In this document: piece by piece, positions 26,751 to 38,441 of the stretch
Numbering within the stretch: the stretch's first letter is position 1
Layout of the letters: the number at the start of each line of letters is the position of its first letter
Assembly (NCBI GenBank): GCA_045537895.1
Contig: JAZSQI010000022.1
Coordinates: 19,290-83,289, forward strand
Source: Clostridia bacterium
GTDB lineage: Bacteria; Bacillota; Clostridia; TANB77; CAG-465
Length of the DNA stretch: 64,000 nt
Direction: 5' to 3'
Notes under the pieces: model-generated
What the model was told of the DNA's origin: nothing
The model's input: the letters and a program-made list of their open reading frames with translations, nothing else
Database searches by the model: none
Made by a program: the position numbers and the translations under genes

Positions 26751-29700
26751 ATGCAAAACGAAGTAGAAAATTTTGATAGATTAAGTATTGGTCTTGCATC
26801 ACCTGACAAAATGAGAGAATGGTCAAAAGGTGAAGTTAAGAAACCAGAAACTATTAATTACAGAACCCTTAAACCTGAAAGAGATGGACTTTTCTGTGAA
26901 AAAATATTTGGACCTACAAAAGATTGGGAATGTTATTGTGGAAAATACAAAAAAGTTAGATATAAAGGAATTATATGTGACAGATGTGGAGTAGAAGTAA
27001 CTAAAAAAAGCGTTAGAAGAGAAAGAATGGGACACGTGGAGCTTGCAACTCCAGTGTCACACATCTGGTATTTTAAAGGAATACCAAGCAGAATGAGTTT
27101 AATACTTGATGTGTCTCCTAAAGCTTTAGAAAGAGTAATATATTTTGCATCATATATTGTAACTGACCCTAAAGAAACAGGTCTTACATATAAGCAAGTA
27201 ATAAATGAAAAAGAATATAGAGAAGCTATAGAAAAATATGGCTATGGTTCTTTTGAAGTTGGTATGGGTGCAGAAGCTGTTAAGAAACTTTTAATGCAAG
27301 TTGACTTAGAAAAACTTGAAAAAGAAATAAGAGGAGCTTTAGAAAAAGCAACTAGCCAAAAGAGACCAAAATTAATAAAAAGATTAAAAACAGTAGAAGC
27401 ATTTGCAAAATCAGGTAACAAACCTGAATGGATGATATTAGATGTTATCCCTGTTATACCACCTGATTTAAGACCTATGGTTCAACTTGATGGTGGTAGA
27501 TTTGCAACTTCTGACTTAAATGACTTATATAGAAGAGTTATAAACAGAAATAATAGATTAAAAAGATTATTAGAATTAGAAGCACCTGATATAATTATAC
27601 GTAATGAAAAAAGAATGCTACAAGAATCAGTAGATGCTTTAATAGATAATGGAAGACGTGGTAGACCAGTAACAGGAGCTGGAAATAGACCTTTAAAATC
27701 ACTTTCTGATATGCTTAAAGGTAAACAAGGTAGATTCAGACAAAACTTACTTGGTAAGAGAGTTGACTATTCTGGACGTTCAGTTATCGTTGTAGGACCA
27801 GAACTAAAAATACATCAATGTGGTCTTCCAAGAGAAATGGCACTTGAACTTTTCAAACCATTTGTTATGAAAGAACTTGTAAAAAGAGGAATGGCATTTA
27901 ATATTAAAAATGCAAAAAGAATGGTAGAAAGAGCAGCAGTTGAAGTTTGGGATGTTTTAGAAGAAGTAATAAAAGACAGACCAGTTTTACTTAACCGTGC
28001 TCCAACACTTCACAGATTAGGTATTCAAGCATTTGAACCTGTACTTGTAGAAGGTAGAGCTATAAAACTACATCCTCTTGTTTGTACAGCATTTAATGCT
28101 GACTTCGATGGTGACCAAATGGCAGTTCACGTACCATTATCACCTGAAGCTCAATCAGAAGCAAAATTCTTGATGCTTGCATCAAACAATTTATTAAAAC
28201 TACAAGATGGTAAACCAGTTGCAGTTCCAACACAAGATATGATCCTTGGAAGTTACTATTTAACTTTAGAAGTTCCTGGTGAAAAAGGTGAAGGAATGAC
28301 ATTCTATAATTTAGATGAAGCTATGATGGCGTATGATGCTAAAGAACTTGGTCTACATGCTAGAATGAAAATAAGAGTATCAAAAGAAGTAAATGGTGAA
28401 ACAATTACTGGAATAATTGAAACTACAGTAGGTAAAATGATATTTAATGAAATAATACCACAAGATTTAGGATTTATTGATAGAACAAATCCTGAAAATG
28501 AATTACTTAGAGAAATAGATTTCCCAGTAAGAAAGAAAGAACTTGGAGTTATTATTGATAAATGTATTGCTAAACATGGAATTGGTAGAACAGCAGAAGT
28601 TCTAGACAGTATTAAGGCATTAGGATTTAAATATTCTACAAGAGGAGCAGTAACAGTATCTATATCAGATATTGAGGTTCCAGAAGAAAGAGAAACAATT
28701 CTAAATGATGCTGAGAAAAAAGTAGAAGCTATACGTAAAAACTTCAAACGTGGACTTATATCTGATGAAGAAAGACATAATGAAATTATTAAGATATGGT
28801 CAAAAGCTACTGATGATATACAATCTGCAATTATGAATAACAAAAATACATTAAACCCTGTATTCATGATGGCTCATACTGGTGCCAGAGGTAACCCAAC
28901 ACAGATTAGACAATTAGGTGGTATCCGTGGACTTATGGCTAACACATCTGGTGAAACAGTTGAAATCCCAATTCGTTCAAGCTTTAGAGACGGTCTAGAC
29001 GTTTTAGAATACTTTATTTCTACTCACGGTGCTAGAAAAGGTCTTACAGATACAGCTTTAAGAACAGCTGACTCTGGTTACTTAACAAGAAGACTTGTTG
29101 ATGTTAACCAAGATGTTATAGTTACAGAAGACGATTGTGGAACTCATGAAGGAATTACAGTTGAAGCTATAATGGAAAGTGGAGAGCCAATCGAAAAACT
29201 TGAAGAAAGATTAGAAGGCAGATACTTAGCAGAAGACGTTAAGGATGAAGCTGGAAATATAATAGCAGAGAGAAATACATATGTTACAGCAGATTTAGCA
29301 GAAGCTATAGTTAAAGCTGGTAATACAAAAGTAAAAGTAAGATCAGTACTTACTTGCGATTTAGGAAGAGGAGTATGTTGTAAATGTTATGGTAGAAACT
29401 TAGCAACAGGAGAACCTATAACAACAGGAGAAGCAGTTGGTATTATAGCTGCACAATCTATAGGTGAACCAGGAACTCAGCTTACAATGAGAACATTCCA
29501 CTCTGGTGGTGTTGCTGGTGGAGATATCACTCAAGGTCTTCCTAGAGTTGAAGAGTTATTTGAAGCTAGAAAACCTAAGGGTGTTGCTATGATAACTGAA
29601 ATAGCTGGAACAGTTAAGTTAGGAGATAACGGAACTAATAAAACTGTAACAGTAATGTCTGACGATAAACAAGCTGAAACTTATGTAATACCATTTGGTA

Positions 29701-30305
29701 TGAGACTATCAGTTAAAGATGGAGATGTTTTAGCAGCTGGTGATAGAATTACAGAAGGATCATTAAATCCTCATGATATAATTCGTATCAAGGGTGAAGA
29801 AGCAGTTCAAAACTACTTAACTGAAGAAGTTCAAAAGGTATATAGAACTCAAGGTGTTCATATTAATGATAAACACATTGAAATAGTTGCAAAACAAATG
29901 CTTAGAAAGATAAAAGTTGATGATGCTGGAGATACAAACTTGATAGCAGGATCGGTAATTGATATAAATGAATTTAAGAAAGCCAACAGAAAACTAGAAG
30001 AAGGCAAGAAAAAAGCAACAGGAACAAAAGAACTTCTAGGAATAACAAAAGTAGCACTTCTTACAGAATCATTCTTATCAGCAGCATCTTTCCAAGAAAC
30101 AGCAAGAGTATTAACAGATGCAGCTATTAAAGGTAAGACAGATAAATTATTAGGACTAAAAGAAAACGTAATTATTGGTAGATTAATTCCAGCAGGAACA
30201 GGTGTAATTGACTATAAAAATATGGAAGTAAAAGAGGAAGGCAAAGTAGAAGATTATATTACTGATTCTGATATGGTATTAACATCTGATGTTATTGTTG
30301 AATAG
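26751..30305 (+). CDS. rpoC: DNA-directed RNA polymerase subunit beta'
   Basis: [12 protein letters not shown] catalytic motif, N-terminal zinc-binding CYCGKY..CDRCG, 1184 aa. Confidence 0.97.
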   Translation: MQNEVENFDRLSIGLASPDKMREWSKGEVKKPETINYRTLKPERDGLFCEKIFGPTKDWECYCGKYKKVRYKGIICDRCGVEVTKKSVRRERMGHVELATPVSHIWYFKGIPSRMSLILDVSPKALERVIYFASYIVTDPKETGLTYKQVINEKEYREAIEKYGYGSFEVGMGAEAVKKLLMQVDLEKLEKEIRGALEKATSQKRPKLIKRLKTVEAFAKSGNKPEWMILDVIPVIPPDLRPMVQLDGGRFATSDLNDLYRRVINRNNRLKRLLELEAPDIIIRNEKRMLQESVDALIDNGRRGRPVTGAGNRPLKSLSDMLKGKQGRFRQNLLGKRVDYSGRSVIVVGPELKIHQCGLPREMALELFKPFVMKELVKRGMAFNIKNAKRMVERAAVEVWDVLEEVIKDRPVLLNRAPTLHRLGIQAFEPVLVEGRAIKLHPLVCTAFNADFDGDQMAVHVPLSPEAQSEAKFLMLASNNLLKLQDGKPVAVPTQDMILGSYYLTLEVPGEKGEGMTFYNLDEAMMAYDAKELGLHARMKIRVSKEVNGETITGIIETTVGKMIFNEIIPQDLGFIDRTNPENELLREIDFPVRKKELGVIIDKCIAKHGIGRTAEVLDSIKALGFKYSTRGAVTVSISDIEVPEERETILNDAEKKVEAIRKNFKRGLISDEERHNEIIKIWSKATDDIQSAIMNNKNTLNPVFMMAHTGARGNPTQIRQLGGIRGLMANTSGETVEIPIRSSFRDGLDVLEYFISTHGARKGLTDTALRTADSGYLTRRLVDVNQDVIVTEDDCGTHEGITVEAIMESGEPIEKLEERLEGRYLAEDVKDEAGNIIAERNTYVTADLAEAIVKAGNTKVKVRSVLTCDLGRGVCCKCYGRNLATGEPITTGEAVGIIAAQSIGEPGTQLTMRTFHSGGVAGGDITQGLPRVEELFEARKPKGVAMITEIAGTVKLGDNGTNKTVTVMSDDKQAETYVIPFGMRLSVKDGDVLAAGDRITEGSLNPHDIIRIKGEEAVQNYLTEEVQKVYRTQGVHINDKHIEIVAKQMLRKIKVDDAGDTNLIAGSVIDINEFKKANRKLEEGKKKATGTKELLGITKVALLTESFLSAASFQETARVLTDAAIKGKTDKLLGLKENVIIGRLIPAGTGVIDYKNMEVKEEGKVEDYITDSDMVLTSDVIVE

Positions 30306-30314
30306 ATTATATGA

Positions 30315-30339
30315 GAGCATACAAAAGTATGCTCTTTTT
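30315..30339 (+). terminator. rpoC terminator
   Basis: GAGCATAC-AAAA-GTATGCTC followed by T5. Confidence 0.6.
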
Positions 30340-30453
30340 CTACACTTGAAAGTTACATAAAAATATGGTATAATACATATTGTAGTGAAATATGAGGAGA
30401 TTTTACTAATGAAAATCAAAAAATCCAAATTATAATTAAGAAGGAGAGTTTTT

Positions 30454-30978
30454 ATGAAAAAATTATTGGTGGTAGTACTTGTAGGAGCATTGATTATAGG
30501 ATGTTTCTGTGGATGTGGTGAGAACGATAAGAAAAGACAACTTGAAGTAGCAAAAAAACTTGAGCAATCACAACCAACCCCAACAGATATTGAGTATTCT
30601 TTGGAGAGATATAACTTAATAAGAAGAACTTATTGGGTTAACGGCATGACAGAAAAGTCTAGGATGTTGGAATGTCCTGTTCAAAAACCATTAGGTTATA
30701 TTGCACTTTTTGTTGAGGGAATAGGTGTTATAGATACTTACGTTGTTGATGGAAAAGTATCATCTTTAAATAGCTTTTTAACGCCGGATACTACATTTCC
30801 AAACTATTCGGATTCTAAATGGCTTGCAGACGTCGATGGTTCATACGGTGAAAACGACAGTGGAATATTTTTCTTTACTGTAGATGGTGAGTATAAAGAA
30901 TGGACAGGAATTTACTTTTATTCGTCAGCACCATTTGAAGTAGAAGAAACTGTTTTAAAAACTAAGGAGGTAGACTAA
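30454..30978 (+). CDS. Putative lipoprotein
   Basis: Signal peptide with lipobox-like LIIGC. 174 aa. Confidence 0.5.
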   Translation: MKKLLVVVLVGALIIGCFCGCGENDKKRQLEVAKKLEQSQPTPTDIEYSLERYNLIRRTYWVNGMTEKSRMLECPVQKPLGYIALFVEGIGVIDTYVVDGKVSSLNSFLTPDTTFPNYSDSKWLADVDGSYGENDSGIFFFTVDGEYKEWTGIYFYSSAPFEVEETVLKTKEVD

Positions 30979-30979
30979 T

Positions 30980-31366
30980 ATGTCAAGTTTAGGTAAAGGT
31001 CTTGTTATTGCAATTGTAATTATTTTTATCGCCGGTTTGATTTTCTTTACGGCAGTTCCTGCAGGAAGACAACTGTGGAATAATTATACTCATAGTTTAG
31101 AAAAAGCTGATGAAGTTGATTATGCAACTAAAAAGAAAGTCGAGGATACAGCTCGTAGTATGATTGCTTCCTATGAATCAGATAAGCTTACGTATGAGCA
31201 ATACAAAGATAGTGAAAATGAGGAAAAAAGAAGTTGGGCTGAAGCTGCTAAAACAAGAGCAAATAATACAGTATCAAAATACAACAATTATATTCTTCAG
31301 AACTCATATGTTTGGGAAGATAATGTTCCAGCTGATATAAATTATGAGCTTCAAGTAATTAAATAA
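30980..31366 (+). CDS. Membrane-anchored hypothetical protein
   Basis: N-terminal TM helix. Translationally coupled to the lipoprotein gene. Confidence 0.4.
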   Translation: MSSLGKGLVIAIVIIFIAGLIFFTAVPAGRQLWNNYTHSLEKADEVDYATKKKVEDTARSMIASYESDKLTYEQYKDSENEEKRSWAEAAKTRANNTVSKYNNYILQNSYVWEDNVPADINYELQVIK

Positions 31367-31474
31367 TATTTATAACAATAAGTGTAGAGATAAAAATCTC
31401 TACACTTATTTTATATATTTGTTGAAAAAAGATATAATAATCTTATATAATATATAAAGAATATTGGAGGAAAT

Positions 31475-32629
31475 ATGAAAAAATTATTTGGAACATTATT
31501 AGTATGTGTTTTAATAGCAATAGGAGTATATATTGTAATTTATTCCGACGTTATTAGTAATATTTTTGTTAAAGATATAAATATAGAAAGTGTATATATA
31601 AACCAGTTGCAATTAGATAATAATACATATTATTACAGTAAGTTAAATGATAAAGAAAAAAGAATATATAGAGTAATTGCAAATGGAGTTATGAACTTAA
31701 ATAAAAATATGACAGTAGAGGTTACTAAAGAAAATAGTTATGAAAGTACAAAAGAAAATGTAGAGGTGGCGTTAAATGCATTTTTCTCGGACCACCCAGA
31801 AGTTTTCTACGTAAATGATCAATATGAGATATCGGTTTTAGATTTTGTAGCAATAAAAATGATAAATTTAAAACTTGATTATGTTTCAGACGATAAAAAA
31901 GAAATAGAGAGTATGAGCGATGAGATGAATGTTGCAATAGAAAATATAAATGCAAGATTAACAAATGCTAAAACTGATTATGAAAAGGAACTGCTAATTC
32001 ACGACATTATTGCATCAGAGACACAATATTTTGAGCATAATGATTATAAAGATATACCAAATATAAAGCATACGGCGTATGGAGCATTAGTGCAGAAATC
32101 GGCAGTTTGCGATGGTATTACTAAAGCATTTCAAATAGTTTTAAATAAGAATAATATAGAAAGTGTTTTTGCTACTGGAAGAACGGACGGTGTTGCGCAT
32201 GCATGGTGTAAAGTAAAATTAGACAATGATTATTATAACGTAGATGTAACATCTGATAAAACACTTGATGATATAAATAATAAGTTAGTAGTTCACGCAT
32301 ACTTTAATGTTACAGATAAAGAGTTAATGAAGTCACACGTGTTTGATAATTATGAAAAGATGCCTAGTGCGACAGCTACAAAATATAACTATTATTTATA
32401 TAATGATTATACTATTACATATTTTGATAGTTTTGAATATAAATTAGGACAAATAATAAAAAGTCAGAATTCAAAACCATTATTAGAATTTAGCGTTTCA
32501 GGAATCAGTAATGTGCCAGATAAAATAATAAATTCGTTATATAGCCTCAATTTTAACAATTACAAAACAAATAAAATAACAAAAATGGAATATACAAAAA
32601 TAAATGATAATTATATTATAGTAAAATAA
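31475..32629 (+). CDS. Transglutaminase-like cysteine protease-fold protein, membrane anchored
   Basis: Candidate Cys-His-Asp triad: KSAVCDGITKAF, GVAHAWCKV, YYNVDVT. Confidence 0.7.
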   Translation: MKKLFGTLLVCVLIAIGVYIVIYSDVISNIFVKDINIESVYINQLQLDNNTYYYSKLNDKEKRIYRVIANGVMNLNKNMTVEVTKENSYESTKENVEVALNAFFSDHPEVFYVNDQYEISVLDFVAIKMINLKLDYVSDDKKEIESMSDEMNVAIENINARLTNAKTDYEKELLIHDIIASETQYFEHNDYKDIPNIKHTAYGALVQKSAVCDGITKAFQIVLNKNNIESVFATGRTDGVAHAWCKVKLDNDYYNVDVTSDKTLDDINNKLVVHAYFNVTDKELMKSHVFDNYEKMPSATATKYNYYLYNDYTITYFDSFEYKLGQIIKSQNSKPLLEFSVSGISNVPDKIINSLYSLNFNNYKTNKITKMEYTKINDNYIIVK

Positions 32630-32674
32630 TAAAAAGTAAAAATAGGTAGTATTATATAATATAGGAGAACGTAT

Positions 32675-33232
32675 ATGAGATACTATCTATACCGTGATAT
32701 CGAACTTTTAAAAGAAATATATTCTCAATTTGCTAATCTGGATTTAGACTTGGATGTTATAGAAAGAATAGATGCTAGGACTTGCTCTCAGGAAGAGGGA
32801 ATATTTACAGAGCCTGAAACAAAGATAGACGGAAAATGTGATATGAGAGTAAAAATAGGGGCAAGGACATCAAATAGCTCTAACATAACTACAATAAGTG
32901 AATATGCGAATATGGATGATGTAAAAGCTATACATAACAAAAGGTTTTATCATAATCTTATTGAAAATTTAAGAAATAAAAATATAAATTCACAAGGAAT
33001 ATGTGTAGAATCTGGAAAAATGAACTGCCTAAGAAATGAACAAAATGGATTAGATAAGTTTGTTGAGATAAATGGAATATATGTATGGTTTGAAAGCGAT
33101 AAAATGTCAAATGATATACATGTTTTATCTACTATAACAAATAAAATAGAGGTTATTGGATGTATTATAAAAGAAGGAGATGAAATATCTCCTAAAGTGG
33201 TAAAAGCAATAGCTATGTACATAGATACTTAA
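32675..33232 (+). CDS. Hypothetical protein
   Basis: 185-aa ORF with RBS GGAGAA. No motif recognised. Confidence 0.35.
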   Translation: MRYYLYRDIELLKEIYSQFANLDLDLDVIERIDARTCSQEEGIFTEPETKIDGKCDMRVKIGARTSNSSNITTISEYANMDDVKAIHNKRFYHNLIENLRNKNINSQGICVESGKMNCLRNEQNGLDKFVEINGIYVWFESDKMSNDIHVLSTITNKIEVIGCIIKEGDEISPKVVKAIAMYIDT

Positions 33233-33284
33233 AATTATAAAAAACTGATAAATAGAAAAATCTAATTATCAGTTTTTGTTTTTA

Positions 33285-33893
33285 TTATACTTCAGCTATT
33301 GTTTCAGCATTTTCAATTTTTGTAGCTTCTTTTATTGAATTATAGAAATTGGCTGTAGTTGCATTCATATATGGTACTACATATATTGACGCTATTCCAA
33401 AAGTAATTCCTACTAGCAAATACCACCAGAAGAAAGAAAATCCAAGTACAAATAAATCACCTTTATGTCCATTCATCATTTCTTTACTCTTAGTTATAGC
33501 TTGATTGGCAGTAAGTTCAGGATTATCTGCCAGTACATAGTAAGACATTGAGTATGCAAAAGATTTTACAATACCAGGTATTATAAATAGTAGTGACCAT
33601 AAGAATGTATATATTGTAATAAGAATATTCATCCATAAAGCTCTACCTGTTTTGTCAAATCCAGAAAAAACATCACTAACTTTTACTTCCTCTTTTTTAG
33701 TTAGTTTTAAAAATGCTATAGATAAAGAAAGAGAAAAAGCAGGTGTAATGATGAAAGATGCAATACTTCCTACAAATGGAATAAATCCACAAGCCATACC
33801 AATTGCAAAAATTATTAACATCATCACAAAGAATTTACCTATGTTTCCTTTTATTTGTTCTTTTGCCATTGATTTTAACTCGGCTCTTGTCAT
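33285..33893 (-). CDS. DUF975-family membrane protein
   Basis: N-terminus RAELKSMAKEQIKGNIGKFF and the repeated TM layout are typical of DUF975. Confidence 0.65.
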   Translation of the reverse strand: MTRAELKSMAKEQIKGNIGKFFVMMLIIFAIGMACGFIPFVGSIASFIITPAFSLSLSIAFLKLTKKEEVKVSDVFSGFDKTGRALWMNILITIYTFLWSLLFIIPGIVKSFAYSMSYYVLADNPELTANQAITKSKEMMNGHKGDLFVLGFSFFWWYLLVGITFGIASIYVVPYMNATTANFYNSIKEATKIENAETIAEV

Positions 33894-34030
33894 ATAAAAA
33901 CCCCCTTTTCATTATACTATTATTTTAAATAAATAATAAAAATATGTCAATACTTTTAAAATAGAAGGCTATTAAATTTTATAATATACAAAACTCTCAT
34001 TATTATGTAAAACAATGCGCTTTAAAACGA

Positions 34031-34059
34031 TTGACATATGATAAAATTTGTAATATAAT
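34031..34059 (+). promoter_or_regulatory. Sigma-A type promoter for typA
   Basis: TTGACA, 17 nt, TATAAT. Confidence 0.5.
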
Positions 34060-34099
34060 AAATAAGTTAGTTAAATAAATATAGGAAAGAGGAATAAAA

Positions 34100-35911
34100 A
34101 TGAAAAACATAAGAAATGTAGCTATTATTGCCCATGTTGACCATGGTAAAACAACACTTGTTGATAGTTTGCTAAATCAAAGTGGTGTTTTTAGAGCTAA
34201 TGAACAAGTATCTGAAAGAGTAATGGACTCAGGGGATATAGAAAAAGAAAGAGGAATAACAATACTTTCAAAAAATACAGCTATAGAATATAATGGAATG
34301 AAAATTAATATAGTTGATACACCAGGACATGCTGATTTTGGTGGAGAAGTAGAAAGAGTTTTAAAAATGGTAGAGGGTGTTTTATTGGTTGTTGATGCAT
34401 TTGATGGACCTATGCCACAAACTAGATTTGTGCTTAATAAAGCATTGTCATTAAATCTAGTCCCTATTGTTGTTATTAATAAAATAGATAGACCGGGTGC
34501 AAGACCAGAAGCAGTACTAGACGAAGTTTTAGAATTATTCTTAGAACTTGATGCAACAGAAGAACAATTAGATTTTAAAGTTGTTTATGCTTCAGGTAAA
34601 AATAAATTTGCTAAAGCAGAATTAAATGACGAGTCAACAGATATGAAACCACTTTTTGATGCTATTATAAATACAGTTCCAGAACCAACAGGTAGCGAGG
34701 AGGAACCATTACAACTTTTAGTATCAAATATAGATTATGATGAATATACAGGAAGAATAGGTATTGGTAAAATAGAACGTGGAATTATACATAATGGACA
34801 GCAGGTTGCTTTATGTAAGAAGGATGGTACAATAGCAAATATTAAAATAGGTAAACTGTACACATACTCAGGACTAAAAAGAGTAGAAACTGATACTGCT
34901 AAGTGTGGTGATATTGTTGCAGTTACAGGTCTTGAAGGAATAAATATAGGTGAAACAATAGCAGATTTAGAACATCCAGAAGCAGTAGATTTTGTAGATA
35001 TTGATGAACCAACTGTATCTATGACATTTAGTGTAAATAATGGACCGTTTGCTGGAAAAGAAGGAAAATTAATAACTTCTAGACATATAAGAGACAGATT
35101 ATTTAAAGAATTAGAAACAAACGTATCTTTAAGAGTTGAGGAAACGGATACTCCAGATAGCTTTAAAGTGTTTGGTAGAGGAGAACTACACTTATCTATT
35201 CTTATTGAAAACATGAGAAGAGAAGGGTATGAGCTTATGGTATCAAAACCAACAGTTGTATATAAGATGATAGACGGCGTAAAATGCGAACCTATGGAGC
35301 TTGCTACAATTGATATTCCAGAAGAGTACATCGGTAATGTTATGGAGAAAATGGGTAATAGAAAAGGTGAAATGACTAATATGACATCATCTCCATCTCA
35401 AGCAGGATATACAAGATTAGAATTTAAAATACCTGCAAGAGGACTTATAGGATACAGAAATGAATTCTTAACTGATACAAAAGGAACAGGAATACTTAAC
35501 TCTATATTTGCAGGTTATGAACCAGACAGAGGAGAGGTTACTACTAGATCTAGAGGAGTTATAATAGCATTTGAAAAAGGTAAATCAACAACTTATGGTT
35601 TGTTTAATGCACAAGAAAGATCAACGTTATTTATTGGTCCTGGTGTAGAAGTATATATAGGAATGATAGTTGGTGAGAATTCAAGACCTGAAGATATGGC
35701 AGTAAATGTATGTAAAGAAAAACACTTAACAAACACTAGAGCATCAGGAAGTGATGATGCATTAAAACTAGTACCACATAGACAATTATCTTTAGAAGAA
35801 GCATTAGAATTTATTGCTGAAGATGAGCTTGTAGAAGTTACACCTGAAAATATTAGATTAAGAAAGAAAATACTAGACCCTACAGAAAGATTAAGAGCTT
35901 CAAGAAAGTAA
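34100..35911 (+). CDS. typA: Translational GTPase TypA/BipA
   Basis: AIIAHVDHGKTTL, DTPGHADFGGEVER and NKIDR GTPase motifs. 603 aa. Confidence 0.95.
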   Translation: MKNIRNVAIIAHVDHGKTTLVDSLLNQSGVFRANEQVSERVMDSGDIEKERGITILSKNTAIEYNGMKINIVDTPGHADFGGEVERVLKMVEGVLLVVDAFDGPMPQTRFVLNKALSLNLVPIVVINKIDRPGARPEAVLDEVLELFLELDATEEQLDFKVVYASGKNKFAKAELNDESTDMKPLFDAIINTVPEPTGSEEEPLQLLVSNIDYDEYTGRIGIGKIERGIIHNGQQVALCKKDGTIANIKIGKLYTYSGLKRVETDTAKCGDIVAVTGLEGINIGETIADLEHPEAVDFVDIDEPTVSMTFSVNNGPFAGKEGKLITSRHIRDRLFKELETNVSLRVEETDTPDSFKVFGRGELHLSILIENMRREGYELMVSKPTVVYKMIDGVKCEPMELATIDIPEEYIGNVMEKMGNRKGEMTNMTSSPSQAGYTRLEFKIPARGLIGYRNEFLTDTKGTGILNSIFAGYEPDRGEVTTRSRGVIIAFEKGKSTTYGLFNAQERSTLFIGPGVEVYIGMIVGENSRPEDMAVNVCKEKHLTNTRASGSDDALKLVPHRQLSLEEALEFIAEDELVEVTPENIRLRKKILDPTERLRASRK

Positions 35912-35977
35912 TATAAAATAATGTTAAAAGCTTTCACATATAAATATAATAAGGTATTTGTATGTGGAGGCTTTTTT

Positions 35978-36211
35978 ATGGAATGGTATGACTGCACAGA
36001 TCCAGAAGAGTTAGTTCTTATAGCTACAGCTATGGCAATTGGATTGTCTAAAAATTTAACTACAAATCAGGTTAATTCTCTAGGAAATTTTTTAGAAATG
36101 GTAGGCCAAGACATGCTTACAATTGCATCTCAAAGAGTATTGTATGATAATAAATGTGCAAATAATATATCAGATGAAGAAGCAGAGGAACAACTTTTCG
36201 GAGAAACATAA
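35978..36211 (+). CDS. Small hypothetical protein
   Basis: ATG at 35978 follows GGAGG. 77 aa. Confidence 0.35.
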   Translation: MEWYDCTDPEELVLIATAMAIGLSKNLTTNQVNSLGNFLEMVGQDMLTIASQRVLYDNKCANNISDEEAEEQLFGET

Positions 36212-36348
36212 TAAATAATTTAAAGGTGTAAATAAACTGCATTAATAGTGCTAAGAATAGCTAATATACTTGTTTTCTTAGGGGATTAGTGGTATAATTA
36301 GTGGGTAACAAATATTCAAATCCAAGATTAATATTAAGGAGGTTAAAA

Positions 36349-36966
36349 ATGAAAGTATTAGTAATTGGAGCTAATAATTCAGGTAAGGGAACACTTGTTA
36401 ACTTATTAAAAGAAAAAACAAATTTTAAAGCGATTTGCTGTAGTGATGTACTTAAAGATTATGGAATGGACACAGCAACGGGAAAATTATTGCCGGATTC
36501 GTGTGTGGTAAGAATTATGAGTAATCATCTGCTTGATGAAGAAGAAAATAATTTGATAATGGACGGGTTTCCAAGAACACTTGAGCAGGATAAATTTATG
36601 AACGAAGTTTTATTTAAGCCGGATTTAGTGGTTGTTCTTAATATATCTGAAGATGAAGTATTATCAAGAGCAGTCGGAAGAAGACTTTGTGAAAAATGTG
36701 GAGACTCGTATAATCTTAATGGGTTTAAGCTTCCGAAAGTTGATAACGTTTGCGACAAATGTGGTGGAGCGTTATATCAAAGAAAAGATGACAGTGAGGA
36801 AGTTGTAAGGGCAAGATATAATGAGTATATCAGGGAAACATTTCCTATTGTAACAAGGTATAAGTATAACCCAGGAAAAACAGTTGTATGGGAGTTTGAT
36901 GCAACGCAAAGCACAAAAGAGATTGCAGAGGTAGTAGCAAACTATATTAATTACAAGCTAGATTAA
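36349..36966 (+). CDS. Adenylate kinase-like protein with an atypical P-loop
   Basis: MDGFPRTLEQ, Cys4 lid CEKCG..CDKCGG, and RKDD match Adk. The P-loop is GANNSGKGT rather than the canonical GxPGxGKGT. Confidence 0.65.
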   Translation: MKVLVIGANNSGKGTLVNLLKEKTNFKAICCSDVLKDYGMDTATGKLLPDSCVVRIMSNHLLDEEENNLIMDGFPRTLEQDKFMNEVLFKPDLVVVLNISEDEVLSRAVGRRLCEKCGDSYNLNGFKLPKVDNVCDKCGGALYQRKDDSEEVVRARYNEYIRETFPIVTRYKYNPGKTVVWEFDATQSTKEIAEVVANYINYKLD

Positions 36967-37003
36967 AGAAAAGAGAGATAATGAATTTCATTATCTCTCT
37001 AAT

Positions 37004-37483
37004 TTATTTATCTGTGCTACCAAAACCACCTAATCTAGATCCTTCCGCATTATCATTATCAGTAATTAAGAATTTTTGAAAAACAGCTTGAGCTATTCTT
37101 TCTCCTTTTTTTATAGTGATGTCATCGTTTGAAAAATTATATAAGCTTACGAGTATTTCTCCGTCGTTATTGGAGTTAGAATAATAATCACATTCGAAAA
37201 CACCAACACTATTAGCTAAAACTAGTCCTCTTTTTGAAGGCCCACTTGATCTATTAAACAAATACATTACCTCATCTGGCTGGAAGTATGCTTTAATCCC
37301 TGTTTTTACTAAAACAGGTTTATTTATACTTTCTTTATTTTCCTTTACTAGTTTAAATAGTGAAGGTATAAAAGTATCTTCTGCAGCTTCTATATCGTAG
37401 CCTACAGCATGTTTTGTCTGCCTTTTAGGCAAATTTATATTTTTATTTTCGTAGCCTTTGCAAATTTCAAAGCCTCTTAACAT
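37004..37483 (-). CDS. dut: dUTP diphosphatase
   Basis: YDIEAAED, SGPSKRGLVLANSVGVFECDY, GERIAQAVF and GGFGSTD motifs. Confidence 0.85.
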   Translation of the reverse strand: MLRGFEICKGYENKNINLPKRQTKHAVGYDIEAAEDTFIPSLFKLVKENKESINKPVLVKTGIKAYFQPDEVMYLFNRSSGPSKRGLVLANSVGVFECDYYSNSNNDGEILVSLYNFSNDDITIKKGERIAQAVFQKFLITDNDNAEGSRLGGFGSTDK

Positions 37484-37542
37484 TTTAATTCCCCCCCTTA
37501 TAAAAATAAAACAGCATATAAAATAACTGTTTTATTAATAAC

Positions 37543-38424
37543 TTATTTAATATTACGAAGAGCGTTAATTCTATTTTCTAAGCTAGGATGCGTAGACATC
37601 AAATTATCTTTGTTTCTTTTTTCCTTAAAAGGATTAACAATATATAAATGAGCTGTTGATTTGTTCGCAGACTCAATTGGTTCTGAATCGCCAGAAATTT
37701 TAATAAGAGCATCTATAAGACCATCCGGGTTTCTAGTTATTTCTACTGCAGAAGCATCTGCTAAGTATTCTCTTTTTCTAGATATTAAAAGTTGCATTAA
37801 TGTAGCAAATATAGGTGACAGAAGTATAAATATAATAGAAATCAATGCAAATATAGCACTTGCACTATTATTATCACTATCTCTTTTACTTCTAAACATC
37901 CATCTAGAAAAGAAATCAGAAATTATAACTACAAGTCCAACGAAAACTGAAACAACAGTAGATAATAATATATCATAATTTTTTATATGAGATAATTCAT
38001 GAGCTATAACACCCTCTAATTCATATTTGTCTAACTTTTCTATAATTCCTGTAGTTAAACATATTACAGCATTTTCAGGATTCCTACCTGTTGCAAAAGC
38101 ATTTGGAGCACTATCCTGTATTATATAAAGTTTTGGCTTTGGAAGACCAGAAGCAATACATAAGCTTTCCAAAATAGTATCAACAAGTAAATCTTGCTCT
38201 CTTGTTGCAGGTCTAGCTCCATTTAATGCTAAAACCATTTTATCACAGTTGTAATATGAAATAATTGCAGGTATTATAGAAAAAGTAAGAGCAAAAACAA
38301 TTGAAAATATTCCTAAATCGAAATACATACAAATTGCATAAATTCCTACCATTATAACTAATATAAATATAGAAATTATGAAAAATGATGAAACCTTGTT
38401 TTTTCTTACTTCTTCTAAAATCAT
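37543..38424 (-). CDS. htpX: M48-family zinc protease HtpX
   Basis: HELSHIKNYD motif, four TM helices, C-terminal STHPSLENRI. Confidence 0.85.
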   Translation of the reverse strand: MILEEVRKNKVSSFFIISIFILVIMVGIYAICMYFDLGIFSIVFALTFSIIPAIISYYNCDKMVLALNGARPATREQDLLVDTILESLCIASGLPKPKLYIIQDSAPNAFATGRNPENAVICLTTGIIEKLDKYELEGVIAHELSHIKNYDILLSTVVSVFVGLVVIISDFFSRWMFRSKRDSDNNSASAIFALISIIFILLSPIFATLMQLLISRKREYLADASAVEITRNPDGLIDALIKISGDSEPIESANKSTAHLYIVNPFKEKRNKDNLMSTHPSLENRINALRNIK

Positions 38425-38441
38425 ATAATATAATCTCCTGA

